This document shows, in pieces, positions 28,797 to 40,714 of a DNA stretch of 62,046 nucleotides. Origin of the DNA: Betaproteobacteria bacterium. GTDB taxonomy: Bacteria; Pseudomonadota; Gammaproteobacteria; Burkholderiales; SG8-39. Location of the stretch: the NCBI GenBank assembly GCA_005884455.1, contig VBCH01000219.1:1-62046 (forward strand). The letters are read 5' to 3'. The notes beneath the pieces were generated by a model that ran no database searches, was not told the DNA's origin, and saw only the letters and a program-made list of their open reading frames with translations. Every line of letters begins with the position of its first letter. The first letter of the stretch is position 1. Made by a program: the position numbers and the translations under genes.

Positions 28797-30260
28797 CTAT
28801 CGCGGCAGCTCGGAGAACCCCATCAAGAACTCATCGACCGCGCGCGCGCACTGGCGGCCCTCCCGGATGGCCCACACGACGAGCGACTGGCCGCGGCGCA
28901 TGTCGCCCGCGGCAAAGACCTTGGGAACCGAGGTGACGTAGCTGCCTTTCCCGTCGGTCGTCGCCTTGGCGTTGCCGCGCGGATCCCTCTCCACGCCAAA
29001 CGCCTCGAGTACGGAAGGCACCGGCGAAACGAATCCCATCGCGAGGAGGACGAGATCGGCGGGCAGGATCGATTGGGATCCCGGAACTTCGCTCATCTTG
29101 CCGTCTTTCCACTCCAGGCGAATCGTTTTCAGGGATTTCACCTTTCCGTTCTCGCCAACGAACTCCTTGGTCGCGATCGACCAGTCGCGATTCACGCCCT
29201 CTTCGTGCGAAGACGAAGTGCGCAATCTCGTCGGCCAATAGGGCCAAACCGGATTCAATTCGGGATCCGGCGGCATAGGAAGCAGCTCGAACTGTGTCAC
29301 CGATTTCGCGCCGTGGCGGTTCGAGGTGCCGACGCAGTCGGAGCCCGTGTCGCCTCCGCCGATCACGACGACATGCTTGTCCGTGGCCCAGAGTTCCCGC
29401 ACGCCTTTGTCTCCGGCGACGCGCTTGTTTTGCAACGGCAGGAACTCCATCGCGAAATGCACGCCGTCGAGATCGCGCCCCCGGACGGGCAGCTCCCGCG
29501 GCTGCTCGGCGCCGCCGGAAAGCACCACGGCATGGAACTCGGCGATGACTTTCTCCGGCGCCACCGTTTCCGCCGCCCAGTCGGTGACGCCCTTTCCGGG
29601 ACGAGACTTGCCGACGAAGACGCCGGTACGGAACGCCACGCCTTCCGCTTTCATTTGGTCGACCCGGCGGTCGATTAGCCACTTCTCCATCTTGAAATCG
29701 GGTATCCCATAGCGCAAAAGACCGCCGATGCGGTCGTTTTTTTCGAACACCGTGACGTCGTGCCCGGCGCGCGCGAGCTGCTGCGCGCAAGCGAGCCCCG
29801 CCGGGCCCGATCCCACCACCGCGACCGTCCTGCCGGTCTTGCGCGCGGGCGGCTGCGGCCTGACCCAGCCTTCCTCGAACGCCTTGTCGATGATCGCGTG
29901 CTCGATCGACTTGATCCCGACCGGGTCGTCGTTGATGCGCAGCACGCATGCTTCCTCGCATGGAGCCGGACAGATGCGACCGGTGAACTCGGGAAAATTG
30001 TTGGTGGAATGCAGCGTCTCGATGGCGCGCCGCCAGTCCTGCTTGTAGACGAGATCGTTGAAATCCGGAATGATGTTGTTGACCGGGCATCCGGTCATGC
30101 AGAACGGGGTGCCGCAGTCCATGCAGCGCGCGCCCTGGACCTTCGCATCCTGTTCGGTGAGGCGGAGGATGAACTCCCGATAGTGCTTTTTCCGCTCCTC
30201 GGGCTCCTGGTGCGCTTCCTCGAGCCGCTGGAACTCGAGAAATCCCGTGACTTTCCCCAT
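28797..30260 (-). CDS. gltD: Glutamate synthase (NADPH) small subunit
   Basis: 487 aa with an N-terminal Fe-S Cys cluster region and the [24 protein letters not shown] dinucleotide fold. It abuts the gltB stop. Confidence 0.95.
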   Translation of the reverse strand: MGKVTGFLEFQRLEEAHQEPEERKKHYREFILRLTEQDAKVQGARCMDCGTPFCMTGCPVNNIIPDFNDLVYKQDWRRAIETLHSTNNFPEFTGRICPAPCEEACVLRINDDPVGIKSIEHAIIDKAFEEGWVRPQPPARKTGRTVAVVGSGPAGLACAQQLARAGHDVTVFEKNDRIGGLLRYGIPDFKMEKWLIDRRVDQMKAEGVAFRTGVFVGKSRPGKGVTDWAAETVAPEKVIAEFHAVVLSGGAEQPRELPVRGRDLDGVHFAMEFLPLQNKRVAGDKGVRELWATDKHVVVIGGGDTGSDCVGTSNRHGAKSVTQFELLPMPPDPELNPVWPYWPTRLRTSSSHEEGVNRDWSIATKEFVGENGKVKSLKTIRLEWKDGKMSEVPGSQSILPADLVLLAMGFVSPVPSVLEAFGVERDPRGNAKATTDGKGSYVTSVPKVFAAGDMRRGQSLVVWAIREGRQCARAVDEFLMGFSELPR

Positions 30261-33200
30261 CTACGCGGCCGCCTTGCGATTCGCCGCGGCGAGCTCGCCG
30301 AGAGCGCGCCGGTATTCCTTGGGGAAGATCTTCACGAAACGCGTGCGGTAGTCCGCCCATTTTTCGAGGATCTCCCTGGCGCGGCGGCTGTTCGTGAGCT
30401 TGGCGTGCCGCTCGACCATGCCCCTCAGGATCACCTCGTCGGCCTGACCCTTGTGCCAGAGCTCGCGCGACACCTTGCCCTGCTGCTCGGACTCGGCAAG
30501 GACAGGCTCCAGGTCCACCATCGCGGTGTTGCAGCGCTTCACGAATTCGCCGTCGAGGTCGAGCACATAGGCGGTGCCGCCGGACATTCCGGCGGCGAAG
30601 TTGCGTCCGGTGACGCCCAGGACGGCGACCGTCCCCCCGGTCATGTATTCGCAGCCGTGGTCTCCGACGCCTTCGACGACGGCGGTGGCGCCGGAGTTGC
30701 GCACGGCGAAACGCTCGCCGGCCACACCGCGAAAATACGCTTCCCCGGCGATCGCGCCGTAGAGAACGACGTTGCCCGTGATGATGTTTTCGGTCGGTTC
30801 GCCGCGGAACTTGGGCGATGGCGAAACGATGATGCGCCCGCCCGAGAGCCCCTTTCCGCAATAGTCGTTGGTATCGCCGATCAGGTCGAGGGTCACGCCC
30901 TTGGCGAGGAACGCCCCGAAGCTCTGGCCCGCGGACCCCGCGAACCGGGCGTGGATCGTGCCATCGGGCAACCCCTCGTGCCCGTAGCGCAGCGCGATCT
31001 CGTGCGAGAGCATCGTGCCGACGGTACGGTTGCCGTTCCGGATCGGCATGTCGATCGAAACCTTCTCACCGCGCTCGAGCGCGGGCCGCGCAAGCTCGAT
31101 CAGCCGGTTGTCGAGGGCCTTCTCGAGGCCGTGATCCTGTTTTTCAGTGTTGTAGCGCGCGACGTCCGCGGGCATGTCGGGCATCTTGAAAATCCGCGAG
31201 AAATCGAGGCCTTTCGCCTTCCAGTGCTCGACGCCTTTCTTCATGTCGAGCAGTTCGGTCCGGCCGATCAGCTCGCTGAACCTGCGTACGCCGAGCTGGG
31301 CCATCAACTCCCTTGCCTCCTCGGCGACGAGGAAGAAGTAGTTCACGACGTACTCCGGCTTGCCGGAAAACTTCTTGCGGAGCACGGGGTCCTGAGTCGC
31401 GACGCCCACCGGACAGGTGTTCAGGTGGCATTTGCGCATCATGATGCAGCCGCTCACGACGAGCGGCGCGGTCGCGAACCCGAACTCGTCGGCGCCGAGG
31501 ATCGCGCCGATCACCACATCGCGGCCGGTCTTGATCTGTCCATCCACTTGGACCGCGATCCGGCCGCGCAAGCGGTTGAGCACCAGGGTCTGCTGCGTCT
31601 CCGCGAGGCCCAGCTCCCAGGGCGTGCCCGCGTGCTTGATCGACGACCAGGGCGAGGCGCCCGTGCCGCCGTCGTGCCCGGAAATGGTGACGTGGTCGGA
31701 CTTCGCCTTGGACACGCCTGCAGCCACGGTGCCGACGCCCACTTCCGAGACGAGCTTCACCGATATGGATGCGGAGGGATTCGCGTTCTTGAGATCGTGG
31801 ATCAGCTGGGCGAGGTCCTCGATCGAGTAGATGTCGTGGTGCGGCGGAGGCGAAATCAGCTCCACTCCAGGAGTCGAGTAGCGGATCTCGGCGATGTAAT
31901 CCGAGACCTTGCGCCCGGGCAGCTGCCCGCCCTCGCCGGGTTTTGCGCCCTGGGCGATCTTGATCTGAAGCTGCTCGGCGCTTGCGAGATATTCGGCGGT
32001 CACCCCGAAGCGCCCCGAGGCGACCTGCTTGATCTTGGACTTGAGCACGTCGCCCTCGCGCAACTCGATGTCGCGCGCGACGCGGTTCGCTCCGAGGCGC
32101 GAACGCAGCGTCTCGCCGGCCTTCACCGTCGCGTAGCGCTTGCGGTCCTCGCCACCCTCGCCGGTGTTCGACTTTCCGCCGATGCGGTTCATCGCCACGG
32201 CGAGAGTCGTGTGCGCTTCGACCGAGATCGACCCGTGCGACATGGCGCCCGTCGAAAAACGCTTCACTATCTCGGCTGCGGGCTCGACCTCTCCGATCGG
32301 AACGGGCTTCACGCGATCGAAGCGGAATTCGAACAGGCCGCGGAAGGTCATGTGACGCCGGGACTGATCGTTGATGATCGCCGCGTATTCCTTGTACGCC
32401 TGGGGCGAATTCTGCCGCGCGGAGTGCTGCAGCTTTGCGATCGCGTCGGGCGTCCACATATGCTCCTCGCCGCGCACGCGCCAAGCGTACTCGCCCCCCG
32501 CATCCAACATCGACTGCAGCACCGGGTCGATGTCATCGAACGCGGCCTTGTGTATGCGGATCGCTTCCTCGGCGACTTCGAACACGCCCATGCCTTCGAT
32601 CGACGAAGTAGTCCCGGTGAAATACTTGTCCACAAGCGATCTTGCGAGGCCTACCGCCTCGAAGATCTGCGCGCCGGTGTAGGACATGTAGGTCGAGGTC
32701 CCCATCTTGGACATCACCTTCTTCAGACCCTTGCCGATCGCCTTTACGAAATTCTTGATCGCCTTTCTGCCGTCGAGGTCCGGGCCGAGCTCGCCCTTCG
32801 CCGCGAGATCGAGCAGCGACTCGAGAGCGAGATGCGGATGCACCGCCTCGGCGCCGTAGCCTCCGAGCAGGGCAAAGTGGTGCACCTCGCGCGCCGAGCC
32901 CGTTTCCACCACCAGACCCGCGCTCGTGCGCAGACCCTTCGCCACAAGGTGCTGATGGATCGCCGACAAGGCGAGGAGCGCAGGGATGGCCACGCGTTCC
33001 CGCTCCACCAGCCGGTCGGAAATCACGATGATCGAGTAACCCGCGCGCACCGCATCCTCGGCCTGCGCGCAAAGCGACGCGAGGCGCGCCTCGACCGCCT
33101 CCTTGCCCCACGCGAGGGGATAGGTGATGTCCAGCTCGAACGAGCGGAACTTGCCGCTGGTGTAGCGCTCGATGTGCCGGATTTTCTCCATTTCGAAGAA

Positions 33201-34967
33201 GTCGAGCACCGGCTGCGACACCTCCAGCCGGAGAGGCGGGTTCATCTCGTCGATGCCGAGCAGATTCGGCTTCGGTCCGATGAAAGACACCAGAGACGTC
33301 ACCAGCTCCTCGCGGATCGGGTCGATCGGGGGGTTCGTGACTTGCGCGAACAGCTGTTTGAAGTAGTGGTACAGCGTCTTGTTCTTGTCCGACAGCACCG
33401 CAAGCGGCGAGTCGTTGCCCATCGAGCCGACGGGCTCCTCGCCGTTCATCGCCATCGGGGCCATGATGAACTTGATGTCTTCCTGCGTGTAGCCGAAGGC
33501 CTGCTGGCGATCGAGCATCCGCACCGCGCTCTTGAGCGGCGGGGTCTTCTCGGTTTCGACCTCGTCGAGCTTGACGCGGATGCGCTCGATCCAATCCGCG
33601 TAGGGCTTTGCGCCCGCGAGCGTGTTCTTGAGCTCCTCGTCGTCGATGATCCGGCCCTTCTCCAGATCGACGAGGAACATCTTGCCGGGCTGCAGGCGCC
33701 ACTTCTTGACGATTCTCTCCTCGGGCACGGGCAGGCAGCCGCATTCCGAGCCCATGATCACGAGGTCGTCCGCAGTGACGATGTAGCGCGAGGGCCGCAG
33801 GCCGTTCCTGTCGAGCGTCGCCCCTATTTGGCGCCCGTCTGTAAACGCGATCGACGCGGGTCCGTCCCAAGGCTCCATCATCGCGGCATGATATTCGTAG
33901 AATGCGCGCCGGGTCGGGTCCATCAGCGTGTGGTTCTCCCAGGCCTCGGGGATCATCATCATCATCGCGTGCGCGACCGAATATCCTCCCATGACCAGGA
34001 GCTCGAGCGCGTTGTCGAACGAAGCGGAATCGGATTGCCCGTCATAGATCAGCGGCCAGATTTTCTCGAGGTCGCGGCCGAGAACCGGGCTCGAGATCGC
34101 GCCTTGGCGCGCGCGGATCCAGTTGACGTTGCCCCGCAAGGTGTTGATCTCGCCGTTGTGGCAGATCATGCGGAACGGGTGCGCGAGGTCCCACGAAGGG
34201 AAAGTGTTGGTCGAGAACCGCTGGTGCACGAGTGCGAGGGCGGACTCGACGCGGGCGTCCTGCAGGTCCTTGTAATACTGGCCGACCTGGTGCGCGAGCA
34301 GCATTCCCTTGTAGCACGCGGTGCGCGCCGACATCGAGGGAACGTAGAACTCCTTGCCGTGCGCGAGCTTGAGCGCCTGGATCGCGTGGCCCGAGCTCTT
34401 TCTGATGATGTAGAGCTTGCGCTCTAGCGCGTCGGTGACGGTCACCCCTTTGCCTCGCCCGATGAACACTTGCCGTATCACCGGCTCGATCCGTTTCGCC
34501 GGTTCCGCGAGGTCGCTGTTGTCCACGGGAACGTCCCGCCAGCCGAGCAGGACCTGACCCTCGTCCTTGATCGCGCGCTCGATCTCGTACTCGCAGGCAA
34601 AGCGCGAGGCCGGGTCACGCGGCAGAAAGACCATGCCGACACCGTATTGGCCCGCGGGCGGCAGTTTCAGACCCTGCCTTGCCATGACTTCGCGCAGGAA
34701 CTTGTCGGGGATCTGGATGAGCAGGCCCGCCCCGTCCGAGAGCTTGGGATCCCAGCCTACGGCGCCCCGGTGGGTGAGATTGCGCAACACCGTGAGACCT
34801 TGCTCGACGATCGAATGCGATTTCTTGCCCTTGATATGGGCGACAAAGCCCACGCCGCAGGCATCATGCTCGTTGGCGGGGTGGTACAGACCCTGGGGCT
34901 CGTTCAGAATCACGCTGGGTTCGGACGAATGAGGTTTGCCGGCGGCGGAAATTCCCTTGTTCCGCAC
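30261..34967 (-). CDS. gltB: Glutamate synthase (NADPH) large subunit
   Basis: 1568 aa with the EHDACGVGF Ntn amidotransferase site, then FMN/Fe-S and GXGXG domains. GTG start; the exact start is uncertain. Confidence 0.95.
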   Translation of the reverse strand: MRNKGISAAGKPHSSEPSVILNEPQGLYHPANEHDACGVGFVAHIKGKKSHSIVEQGLTVLRNLTHRGAVGWDPKLSDGAGLLIQIPDKFLREVMARQGLKLPPAGQYGVGMVFLPRDPASRFACEYEIERAIKDEGQVLLGWRDVPVDNSDLAEPAKRIEPVIRQVFIGRGKGVTVTDALERKLYIIRKSSGHAIQALKLAHGKEFYVPSMSARTACYKGMLLAHQVGQYYKDLQDARVESALALVHQRFSTNTFPSWDLAHPFRMICHNGEINTLRGNVNWIRARQGAISSPVLGRDLEKIWPLIYDGQSDSASFDNALELLVMGGYSVAHAMMMMIPEAWENHTLMDPTRRAFYEYHAAMMEPWDGPASIAFTDGRQIGATLDRNGLRPSRYIVTADDLVIMGSECGCLPVPEERIVKKWRLQPGKMFLVDLEKGRIIDDEELKNTLAGAKPYADWIERIRVKLDEVETEKTPPLKSAVRMLDRQQAFGYTQEDIKFIMAPMAMNGEEPVGSMGNDSPLAVLSDKNKTLYHYFKQLFAQVTNPPIDPIREELVTSLVSFIGPKPNLLGIDEMNPPLRLEVSQPVLDFFEMEKIRHIERYTSGKFRSFELDITYPLAWGKEAVEARLASLCAQAEDAVRAGYSIIVISDRLVERERVAIPALLALSAIHQHLVAKGLRTSAGLVVETGSAREVHHFALLGGYGAEAVHPHLALESLLDLAAKGELGPDLDGRKAIKNFVKAIGKGLKKVMSKMGTSTYMSYTGAQIFEAVGLARSLVDKYFTGTTSSIEGMGVFEVAEEAIRIHKAAFDDIDPVLQSMLDAGGEYAWRVRGEEHMWTPDAIAKLQHSARQNSPQAYKEYAAIINDQSRRHMTFRGLFEFRFDRVKPVPIGEVEPAAEIVKRFSTGAMSHGSISVEAHTTLAVAMNRIGGKSNTGEGGEDRKRYATVKAGETLRSRLGANRVARDIELREGDVLKSKIKQVASGRFGVTAEYLASAEQLQIKIAQGAKPGEGGQLPGRKVSDYIAEIRYSTPGVELISPPPHHDIYSIEDLAQLIHDLKNANPSASISVKLVSEVGVGTVAAGVSKAKSDHVTISGHDGGTGASPWSSIKHAGTPWELGLAETQQTLVLNRLRGRIAVQVDGQIKTGRDVVIGAILGADEFGFATAPLVVSGCIMMRKCHLNTCPVGVATQDPVLRKKFSGKPEYVVNYFFLVAEEARELMAQLGVRRFSELIGRTELLDMKKGVEHWKAKGLDFSRIFKMPDMPADVARYNTEKQDHGLEKALDNRLIELARPALERGEKVSIDMPIRNGNRTVGTMLSHEIALRYGHEGLPDGTIHARFAGSAGQSFGAFLAKGVTLDLIGDTNDYCGKGLSGGRIIVSPSPKFRGEPTENIITGNVVLYGAIAGEAYFRGVAGERFAVRNSGATAVVEGVGDHGCEYMTGGTVAVLGVTGRNFAAGMSGGTAYVLDLDGEFVKRCNTAMVDLEPVLAESEQQGKVSRELWHKGQADEVILRGMVERHAKLTNSRRAREILEKWADYRTRFVKIFPKEYRRALGELAAANRKAAA

Positions 34968-34987
34968 TTCTCGGGGCCGGGCTTTTG

Positions 34988-35016
34988 ACTATACCTGCGT
35001 TTCCTTGCTGCCTCAA
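34988..35016 (-). promoter_or_regulatory. Candidate gltB promoter (TTGAGG-17-TATAGT on the minus strand)
   Basis: Plus-strand CCTCAA at 35011-35016 and ACTATA at 34988-34993. By-eye match. The -35 lies within one arm of an 8-bp inverted repeat (35005-35012 / 35038-35045). Confidence 0.3.
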
Positions 35017-35101
35017 GTGCTTAGAGCAGCGCTGCGGGGCAGCAATCCGGGGTGCTGTCTCACTGAGACACTACCCAATCCAGGGCACAGTTAGCGCTCA
35101 C

Positions 35102-36184
35102 TCAGGCAGCAAGCCGCGAAAGCGTGTGATCGATCGCGCCAGTGGGCACATCGGCGCGAAGCAGTGCCATACCCAGCCGTTCCAGCAGAACAAAATGGAC
35201 CCGGCCCCCCTTTGTTTTCTTGTCGAGGCGCATCAGCTGCTGCAAGCGCGCGGGCGAAATCCCTCTTACGGCTGTAGGAAGCCCCGCGCGCTCGAACAGC
35301 GAACGGATGCGAGTGGAGTCGGCCTCCGAGAGATAGCCCAGCTGACGCGACAGGTCGACCGCCATGACCATCCCGGCCGCCACGGCTTCGCCGTGCAGCC
35401 AAGCGCCGTAGCCGAGGCCCGTTTCGATGGCGTGGCCGAACGTATGGCCGAAGTTGAGCAGCGCGCGCAACCCGCCCTCGCGCTCGTCCTGGCCGACGAT
35501 CTCGGCCTTGATCGCGATCGAGCGCACCACCGCATGTTCCAGCGCCTCCGGATCGCGCGCCAGCAGGCGATCGAGATGCGCTTCGATCCAGCCGAAGAAC
35601 GCCGCATCGCGGATCAAGCCGTGCTTGATCACTTCGGCGAGCCCCGAGCGTAGCTCGCGCTCGGAAAGGGTTTCCAGGGTTCGCATGTCGGCCACGACCA
35701 CCCGAGGCTGATGGAAGGCGCCGATCATGTTTTTCCCGAGCGGGTGATTGATCGCGGTCTTGCCGCCGACCGACGAATCCACCTGGGCGAGCAGCGTGGT
35801 CGGGATCTGAACGAAGGGCACGCCGCGCTGATAGGTGGCGGCGGCAAATCCCGCCAGATCCCCGATCACACCGCCGCCCAGAGCGATGAGCGTGGTATCG
35901 CGTGCGCAGCGTTGCTCGAGCAGCGCATCGAAAATCCCATTCAGGGTGCGCCAGTCCTTGTGCTCCTCGCCCTCGGGAACGACGATGCGGACCACCTCCA
36001 CCCCCTCACGGGCGAGCACACCGGTGACGCGGTCGAGATACAACGCCGCCACCGTGGGGTTGGTGACGACGGCCACTTTCCTTTGCACGAGGAAAGGAGC
36101 AATGAGATCGGCCCGATCGAGGAGTCCGGCACCGACGTGAATAGGGTAAGAGCGCTCCCCGAGCGCTACGCTGAGAGTTTGCAT
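35102..36184 (-). CDS. aroB: 3-dehydroquinate synthase
   Basis: The start was set at the ATG at 36184 ([18 protein letters not shown]). [46 protein letters not shown]. The upstream part of the track ORF is out-of-frame aroK sequence. Confidence 0.95.
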   Translation of the reverse strand: MQTLSVALGERSYPIHVGAGLLDRADLIAPFLVQRKVAVVTNPTVAALYLDRVTGVLAREGVEVVRIVVPEGEEHKDWRTLNGIFDALLEQRCARDTTLIALGGGVIGDLAGFAAATYQRGVPFVQIPTTLLAQVDSSVGGKTAINHPLGKNMIGAFHQPRVVVADMRTLETLSERELRSGLAEVIKHGLIRDAAFFGWIEAHLDRLLARDPEALEHAVVRSIAIKAEIVGQDEREGGLRALLNFGHTFGHAIETGLGYGAWLHGEAVAAGMVMAVDLSRQLGYLSEADSTRIRSLFERAGLPTAVRGISPARLQQLMRLDKKTKGGRVHFVLLERLGMALLRADVPTGAIDHTLSRLAA

Positions 36185-36699
36185 GCTTCGTCGAACCGGG
36201 CGAGGACCTGCGCGAGCAGCGGGCCGATGCCCTGGAGGCCGGTCTCGATCACGAGGTCCGCGATCTCCCGATAGAGCGGATCGCGCACGGCGTAAAGCGC
36301 CTCGAGCCGGTCGCGCGGGTCGCCACCCTGTAGCAGCGGTCTGGACTTGTCGGCGCGGGTTCGCTGCCACAGCACCGGCGGAAGGGCGTGAAGGTAGATG
36401 ACGAAGCCGCGGGTCCTGAGATTGTCGCGGTTGCGGGGATCGAGCACCGCGCCGCCTCCGGTAGCGAGCACAACATCGTTCAGCGCCGTCAATTGTTCGA
36501 TTACCTCGGACTCGCGCTTGCGAAACCCGGGCTCGCCCTCGATATCGAAGATCACGGCAACGCGCACCCCGGTCCGTGCCTCGATCTCGCGATCGGCATC
36601 GTAGAACGTCTTCCCCAGACGCTTGGCGAGCTGCCGGCCGACGGTGGTCTTGCCGGCGCCCATCATGCCCACCAGGAAAAGCTTGCGGTTTGTCTTCAC
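36166..36699 (-). CDS. aroK: Shikimate kinase
   Basis: P-loop [15 protein letters not shown]. The start was chosen at the GTG at 36699 ([11 protein letters not shown], collinear with the E. coli AroK N-terminus as I recall it). The track TTG start at 36741 lies in the pilQ terminator. The gene overlaps aroB by 19 nt. Confidence 0.88.
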   Translation of the reverse strand: MKTNRKLFLVGMMGAGKTTVGRQLAKRLGKTFYDADREIEARTGVRVAVIFDIEGEPGFRKRESEVIEQLTALNDVVLATGGGAVLDPRNRDNLRTRGFVIYLHALPPVLWQRTRADKSRPLLQGGDPRDRLEALYAVRDPLYREIADLVIETGLQGIGPLLAQVLARFDEACKLSA

Positions 36700-36739
36700 G
36701 GGGATATTGTAGCAACCCGCCCGTATCGGGCCCGAAAGC

Positions 36740-36760
36740 AAAAGGCCGGCATAGCCGGCC
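36740..36760 (-). terminator. Rho-independent terminator after pilQ
   Basis: Minus strand reads GGCCGGC-TAT-GCCGGCC followed by TTTT (plus-strand coordinates 36744-36760 for the stem and 36740-36743 for the A4 run). Confidence 0.55.
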
Positions 36761-36787
36761 CCTTGAGAGTCATGTGATTGTTGAGCG

Positions 36788-38935
36788 TCAGCGCTGGCTC
36801 AGGATGCGCTGCTCGACGATCCGCGGAGTGATGAACACCAGGAGTTCCGTCTTGTTGTCCGAGCGGGAGTTGTTGCGGAAAAGCCATCCGAGCAACGGCA
36901 GGTCTCCGAAGAACGGCACTTTGGTAATCGTGGTTTGCAGGGTCTGGGTGTAGATACCGCCGATCACGACCGTGCCGCCGTTTTCCACCAGCACCTGGGT
37001 CTGGACGTGCTTGGTGTCGATGGCGAAACCGGCGTTGGTGCTCTGGCCTACCGAGTCCTTGTTGATGTCCAGGTTCATGATGATGTTGCCGTCGGGTGTG
37101 ATCTGCGGCTTAACCTTAAGCCTCAGGTTGGCCTTGCGGAACGAGATCGAGGTCGCGCCACTGGAGGTCGCCTGCTGGTAGGGGAGTTCAGTCCCTTGCT
37201 CGATGAGGGCCTCCTCGTTGTTCGCGGTCATCACCCGCGGGCTCGATATGATCTTGCCCTTGCCATCGGCTTCCAGAGCCGACAGCTCGAGCTGAAGGGC
37301 TCCGGTCAGCCGGTTCGTGATCAAAAGGGCGATGGAGCCCGCGGCCGCGGCGTTGCCGACCGGCGCTGCCGGCAAATTGACGCTCAAATTGTCTGGAGTC
37401 TTCGTCGATATGTTGCCCCCGCCTACAGGAAACAAGTTGGCAAAGTCGTTCAGCGTCCCGGTCTGGGTGACGGCGACGCCCGACTCATTGATGCCTACCG
37501 GGCTCGGACCCGTGCTGGAATTGCTCTGGCTGACCGGTCGGCCCACATTGCCCAGGCGCACGCCGAGATTCTTCGCAAACGTGTCGTTGGCTTCGACGAT
37601 CCGCGCCTCGATGAGCACCTGATGCACCGGGACATCGACCTGGCCGAGGAGTTTCCGCACCTCCTCCAGCCGGACCGAGACGTCCTGAACGAACACCTGG
37701 TTGGTGCGAAGATCGACCGAGGCAGCGCCACGCTTGGAAAGAATGCGCTGCTGGGGATCGGCGAGGAGCTTCGCAAAAGCATCGGCCTTGGCGTAGTTGA
37801 GCTGGAAGGTTTCAGTCCGCAGAGGCTCCAGCTCGGTGATCTGCGCGGTGGATTCCAGGGCGAGCTTTTCCTTGGTCGCGAGCTCGTCGCGCGGTGCGAT
37901 CCAGATCACGTTGCCGTTCTTGCGCATGTCCAGACCGCGGGTCTGAAGGATGATATCGAGGGCCTGGTCCCACGGCACGTCCTTCAGGCGCAGCGTGAGG
38001 TTCCCGCCTACGGTATCGCTGGTGATGATGTTCAGGTCGGTGAAGTCCGCAATGACGTTCAGCACGCTCCTCACTTCGACGTTCTGGAAGTTGAGCGACA
38101 ACTTCTCGCCGGAATATCCGCTACGCGTGCCCTGCACCAATTTGTTGGGATCGTACTGGATCGGTTTCACCTCGAGCACGAATTGCGTGTCGGTCTGGTA
38201 GGCATTGTGCTCCCAGAGACCGCGCGGCTCGATCACCATGCGCGCGTTGTCGCCCTGGGGGAAAACGCTGAAGGTTTGCACCGGGGTTGCGAAGTCGACC
38301 ACGTCGTAACGCTTGCGCAACACCTCGGAAACGCTCGTCTTGAGGAAATCGACGATTACCGTTTGTCCTTGCTGGCGGATATCCACGCCGGTCGATGTGT
38401 CCGAAAGCTCGACGACGATTCGCCCTTCGCCACCGCGTCCGCGTCGGAAATTGACGTCTTTCAGCGCGTGCTGAAGGTCCGGTCTGCCTTCCGCGAAACG
38501 CGCCGCTCCGCCGGTCGCCGCCTGCTGCGCGCCTCCCGTGGTGGCCAGGGTGATCAGCAGGCTGCTGCCGTCGATCTTGGACTCGTACGGAACCATGTTT
38601 CGCAAATTCAGCACCAGTCGCGTGCGCTCGCCCGCTTGCACCACGTTCATCGAGCGCAAGACCCCCTCGCCAATATCCTGACTGTTCCGTCCCAAGCCGT
38701 TGGTCGTATCGGGAAAGTCGAACGCGATCCGGGCCGGATTGGCGATCGTGAAGCTGCCCGGGGCCGATTCAATCGGGTTCTTCAAAGTCAAGCGTATCAG
38801 CACCTGGCCGCCGCTTTGAGTGACGTCGAAATTTTCGATGCTGTTTTGCTGCGCCGAGGCGACCGACACGAGCAGGAGCAGCCCGAGTGGGCAAATCGCC
38901 GCCTGAATAAATCTTCGCGCGAGGACATGGTTCAT
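36788..38935 (-). CDS. pilQ: Type IV pilus secretin PilQ
   Basis: 715 aa with a signal peptide, AMIN-like N-terminal repeats and a C-terminal secretin domain (...GGIYTQT...VPFFGDLPLLGWLFR). Last gene of pilMNOPQ. Confidence 0.95.
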   Translation of the reverse strand: MNHVLARRFIQAAICPLGLLLLVSVASAQQNSIENFDVTQSGGQVLIRLTLKNPIESAPGSFTIANPARIAFDFPDTTNGLGRNSQDIGEGVLRSMNVVQAGERTRLVLNLRNMVPYESKIDGSSLLITLATTGGAQQAATGGAARFAEGRPDLQHALKDVNFRRGRGGEGRIVVELSDTSTGVDIRQQGQTVIVDFLKTSVSEVLRKRYDVVDFATPVQTFSVFPQGDNARMVIEPRGLWEHNAYQTDTQFVLEVKPIQYDPNKLVQGTRSGYSGEKLSLNFQNVEVRSVLNVIADFTDLNIITSDTVGGNLTLRLKDVPWDQALDIILQTRGLDMRKNGNVIWIAPRDELATKEKLALESTAQITELEPLRTETFQLNYAKADAFAKLLADPQQRILSKRGAASVDLRTNQVFVQDVSVRLEEVRKLLGQVDVPVHQVLIEARIVEANDTFAKNLGVRLGNVGRPVSQSNSSTGPSPVGINESGVAVTQTGTLNDFANLFPVGGGNISTKTPDNLSVNLPAAPVGNAAAAGSIALLITNRLTGALQLELSALEADGKGKIISSPRVMTANNEEALIEQGTELPYQQATSSGATSISFRKANLRLKVKPQITPDGNIIMNLDINKDSVGQSTNAGFAIDTKHVQTQVLVENGGTVVIGGIYTQTLQTTITKVPFFGDLPLLGWLFRNNSRSDNKTELLVFITPRIVEQRILSQR

Positions 38936-39465
38936 TATTTCCCTCCTCCGACTTCCTGCAACTGCAGGGTGCTCTGACGTTCGGTCCAGTCGCCCACCGC
39001 ATCCTGAATGAGCTCACGCAGCTGGATCTGGCTCTCGGTAATCGTAGTGATAAGGCCGAAATTCTGGCCCATGTAGTTGCCGACTTTCACGCGGTACAGG
39101 CCCGTATCGGCCTTGACCAGCGCAAAATTCGCCTTCCTCTGCTGCAGCACCCCGACCATCTTCAGCGACTCGAGCGGATAGGCCTCGAGGGGTTCCTTCG
39201 GCCGGTTCAGATCGGGTTTGAGTCCGCCTCCGCCGCCGCTGCTCGCCGATTTCGTGACCAGCTCGATTTTCGCGCTGCTGAAGGGATCGGGTTGATCGAA
39301 AGCCTTGTAGGGCACCGGCTCGTAGGGTTTCACGACGGGCAAGGGGTCGATCCTCCCGCGCAGATCCTTGGTCTTGTCCTTCAGCTCGGACTTGAGGTCG
39401 CCGAATTCCTCGCCGCCGCACGCCGCGAGCAGCAACCCGAGCGCGATGGCGGCGATCGCTTTCAT
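38935..39465 (-). CDS. pilP: Type IV pilus assembly lipoprotein PilP
   Basis: 176 aa with lipobox LLLAAC. Position between pilO and pilQ. Confidence 0.85.
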   Translation of the reverse strand: MKAIAAIALGLLLAACGGEEFGDLKSELKDKTKDLRGRIDPLPVVKPYEPVPYKAFDQPDPFSSAKIELVTKSASSGGGGGLKPDLNRPKEPLEAYPLESLKMVGVLQQRKANFALVKADTGLYRVKVGNYMGQNFGLITTITESQIQLRELIQDAVGDWTERQSTLQLQEVGGGK

Positions 39466-40106
39466 TTTCTGCCCGCCCCCGCCTTGACGCCCTTTGCCGC
39501 CCTGCTCTGGGCTGCCACTTCCTCTTCGTCCAGATAACGGAAGGTCTTCGCCGTGACGTCCATGACGAGCGAGCCGTCTTTTCCTCCCGTCAACCCGATA
39601 TCGTTCAGGGTGACGATGCGCGAGAGCTGTCCGATATCGCTCGCGAACTGCCCCATATCGTGATAGCTGCCCGCAAGCTTCAGCGTGACCGGCAGCTCGG
39701 CGTAGAACTCGCGTTTGGTTTCTGCCGGAGCGGGCTTGAACAGCTCGAATTGCAGGCCGCGGCCGAGCCCAGCTTGGTTGATGTCCACGAGCAGCGCGTC
39801 CATTTGCGAGCGATTGGGAAGCTGCCTCAAAAGCGCGCCGAAGGAGCTGTCGATTTCGCGCAGCTGCTGGCGGTAAAGATCAAGATTGATGGCCTGCTGC
39901 TGCTTCGCGACGTATTCGTCCTTCAGCTTTGCTTCCTGTGCTCGCCCGGCCTCAAGCGAATCCATCTCTTCCTGCCAATCGAGGAAGTAACCCATTGTGA
40001 TTATGCCGATCAGCACTCCGAGCAGGAGCATCGCCTTGGGTACCGGCGGCCATGCGCCCGGATCGCGCGTATTGAGATTCTTGAACTGTTCGAGAAATTT
40101 CCGCAT
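39462..40106 (-). CDS. pilO: Type IV pilus assembly protein PilO
   Basis: 214 aa with a single TM helix plus coiled coil. Operon position; 4-nt overlap with pilP. Confidence 0.85.
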   Translation of the reverse strand: MRKFLEQFKNLNTRDPGAWPPVPKAMLLLGVLIGIITMGYFLDWQEEMDSLEAGRAQEAKLKDEYVAKQQQAINLDLYRQQLREIDSSFGALLRQLPNRSQMDALLVDINQAGLGRGLQFELFKPAPAETKREFYAELPVTLKLAGSYHDMGQFASDIGQLSRIVTLNDIGLTGGKDGSLVMDVTAKTFRYLDEEEVAAQSRAAKGVKAGAGRK

Positions 40107-40111
40107 CGGTC

Positions 40112-40714
40112 TCAGCCTTTGGCCGGAGCGGCCTTAGGTGCAGCCTTACCCGATTTGCCGGCTGCTTCGCTCTGGATCTGCTTTAGGCTCACGTTCATGA
40201 TGAATTCGGAAACGCGCTTGTTGCTCAGGAGCACGGCCTTGATCTCGACGAGGTCGGGGTTCTCCAGGTAAGGCGACGCCGCGAAATTGCGCATCAGGGT
40301 TGAGACTCGCGCGTTGGATTGTGCGTAGCCCGTCATGTTGATTTTCAAGCCGGTCTGCTTGATCGCCTTGAGGTAGACGCCGTCGGGCACCTGCTGAACC
40401 AGCTCCTGCAACATATAAACGGCTTGGGCTCGGTCTGCTTGCAGGCGCTCGATGATCTGCTTGCGCGCGAGCAAAGCCGCGATCTCGGTTTTAAGCTTCT
40501 TGATCTCCTCGATCTCCTTGTCGAGCCTTACGTTCTCCCTTTTCAGGAATTCATTGCGGTCGCTTTGCACCGCGATGTATCCCGCAATTGTCAAGTGCAC
40601 AGCGCCGACGATCAGAAGCCCGAGCACGGCCACCATCCCGCCCAGCACGCCAAGGTGCTGGCGCTGGGCCTTGCGGCGCGCCTCGCGCCACGGGAGCAGA
40701 TTGATGCGAATCAC
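40112..40714 (-). CDS. pilN: Type IV pilus assembly protein PilN
   Basis: 200 aa with the N-terminal INLLPWRE motif. Confidence 0.87.
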   Translation of the reverse strand: MIRINLLPWREARRKAQRQHLGVLGGMVAVLGLLIVGAVHLTIAGYIAVQSDRNEFLKRENVRLDKEIEEIKKLKTEIAALLARKQIIERLQADRAQAVYMLQELVQQVPDGVYLKAIKQTGLKINMTGYAQSNARVSTLMRNFAASPYLENPDLVEIKAVLLSNKRVSEFIMNVSLKQIQSEAAGKSGKAAPKAAPAKG

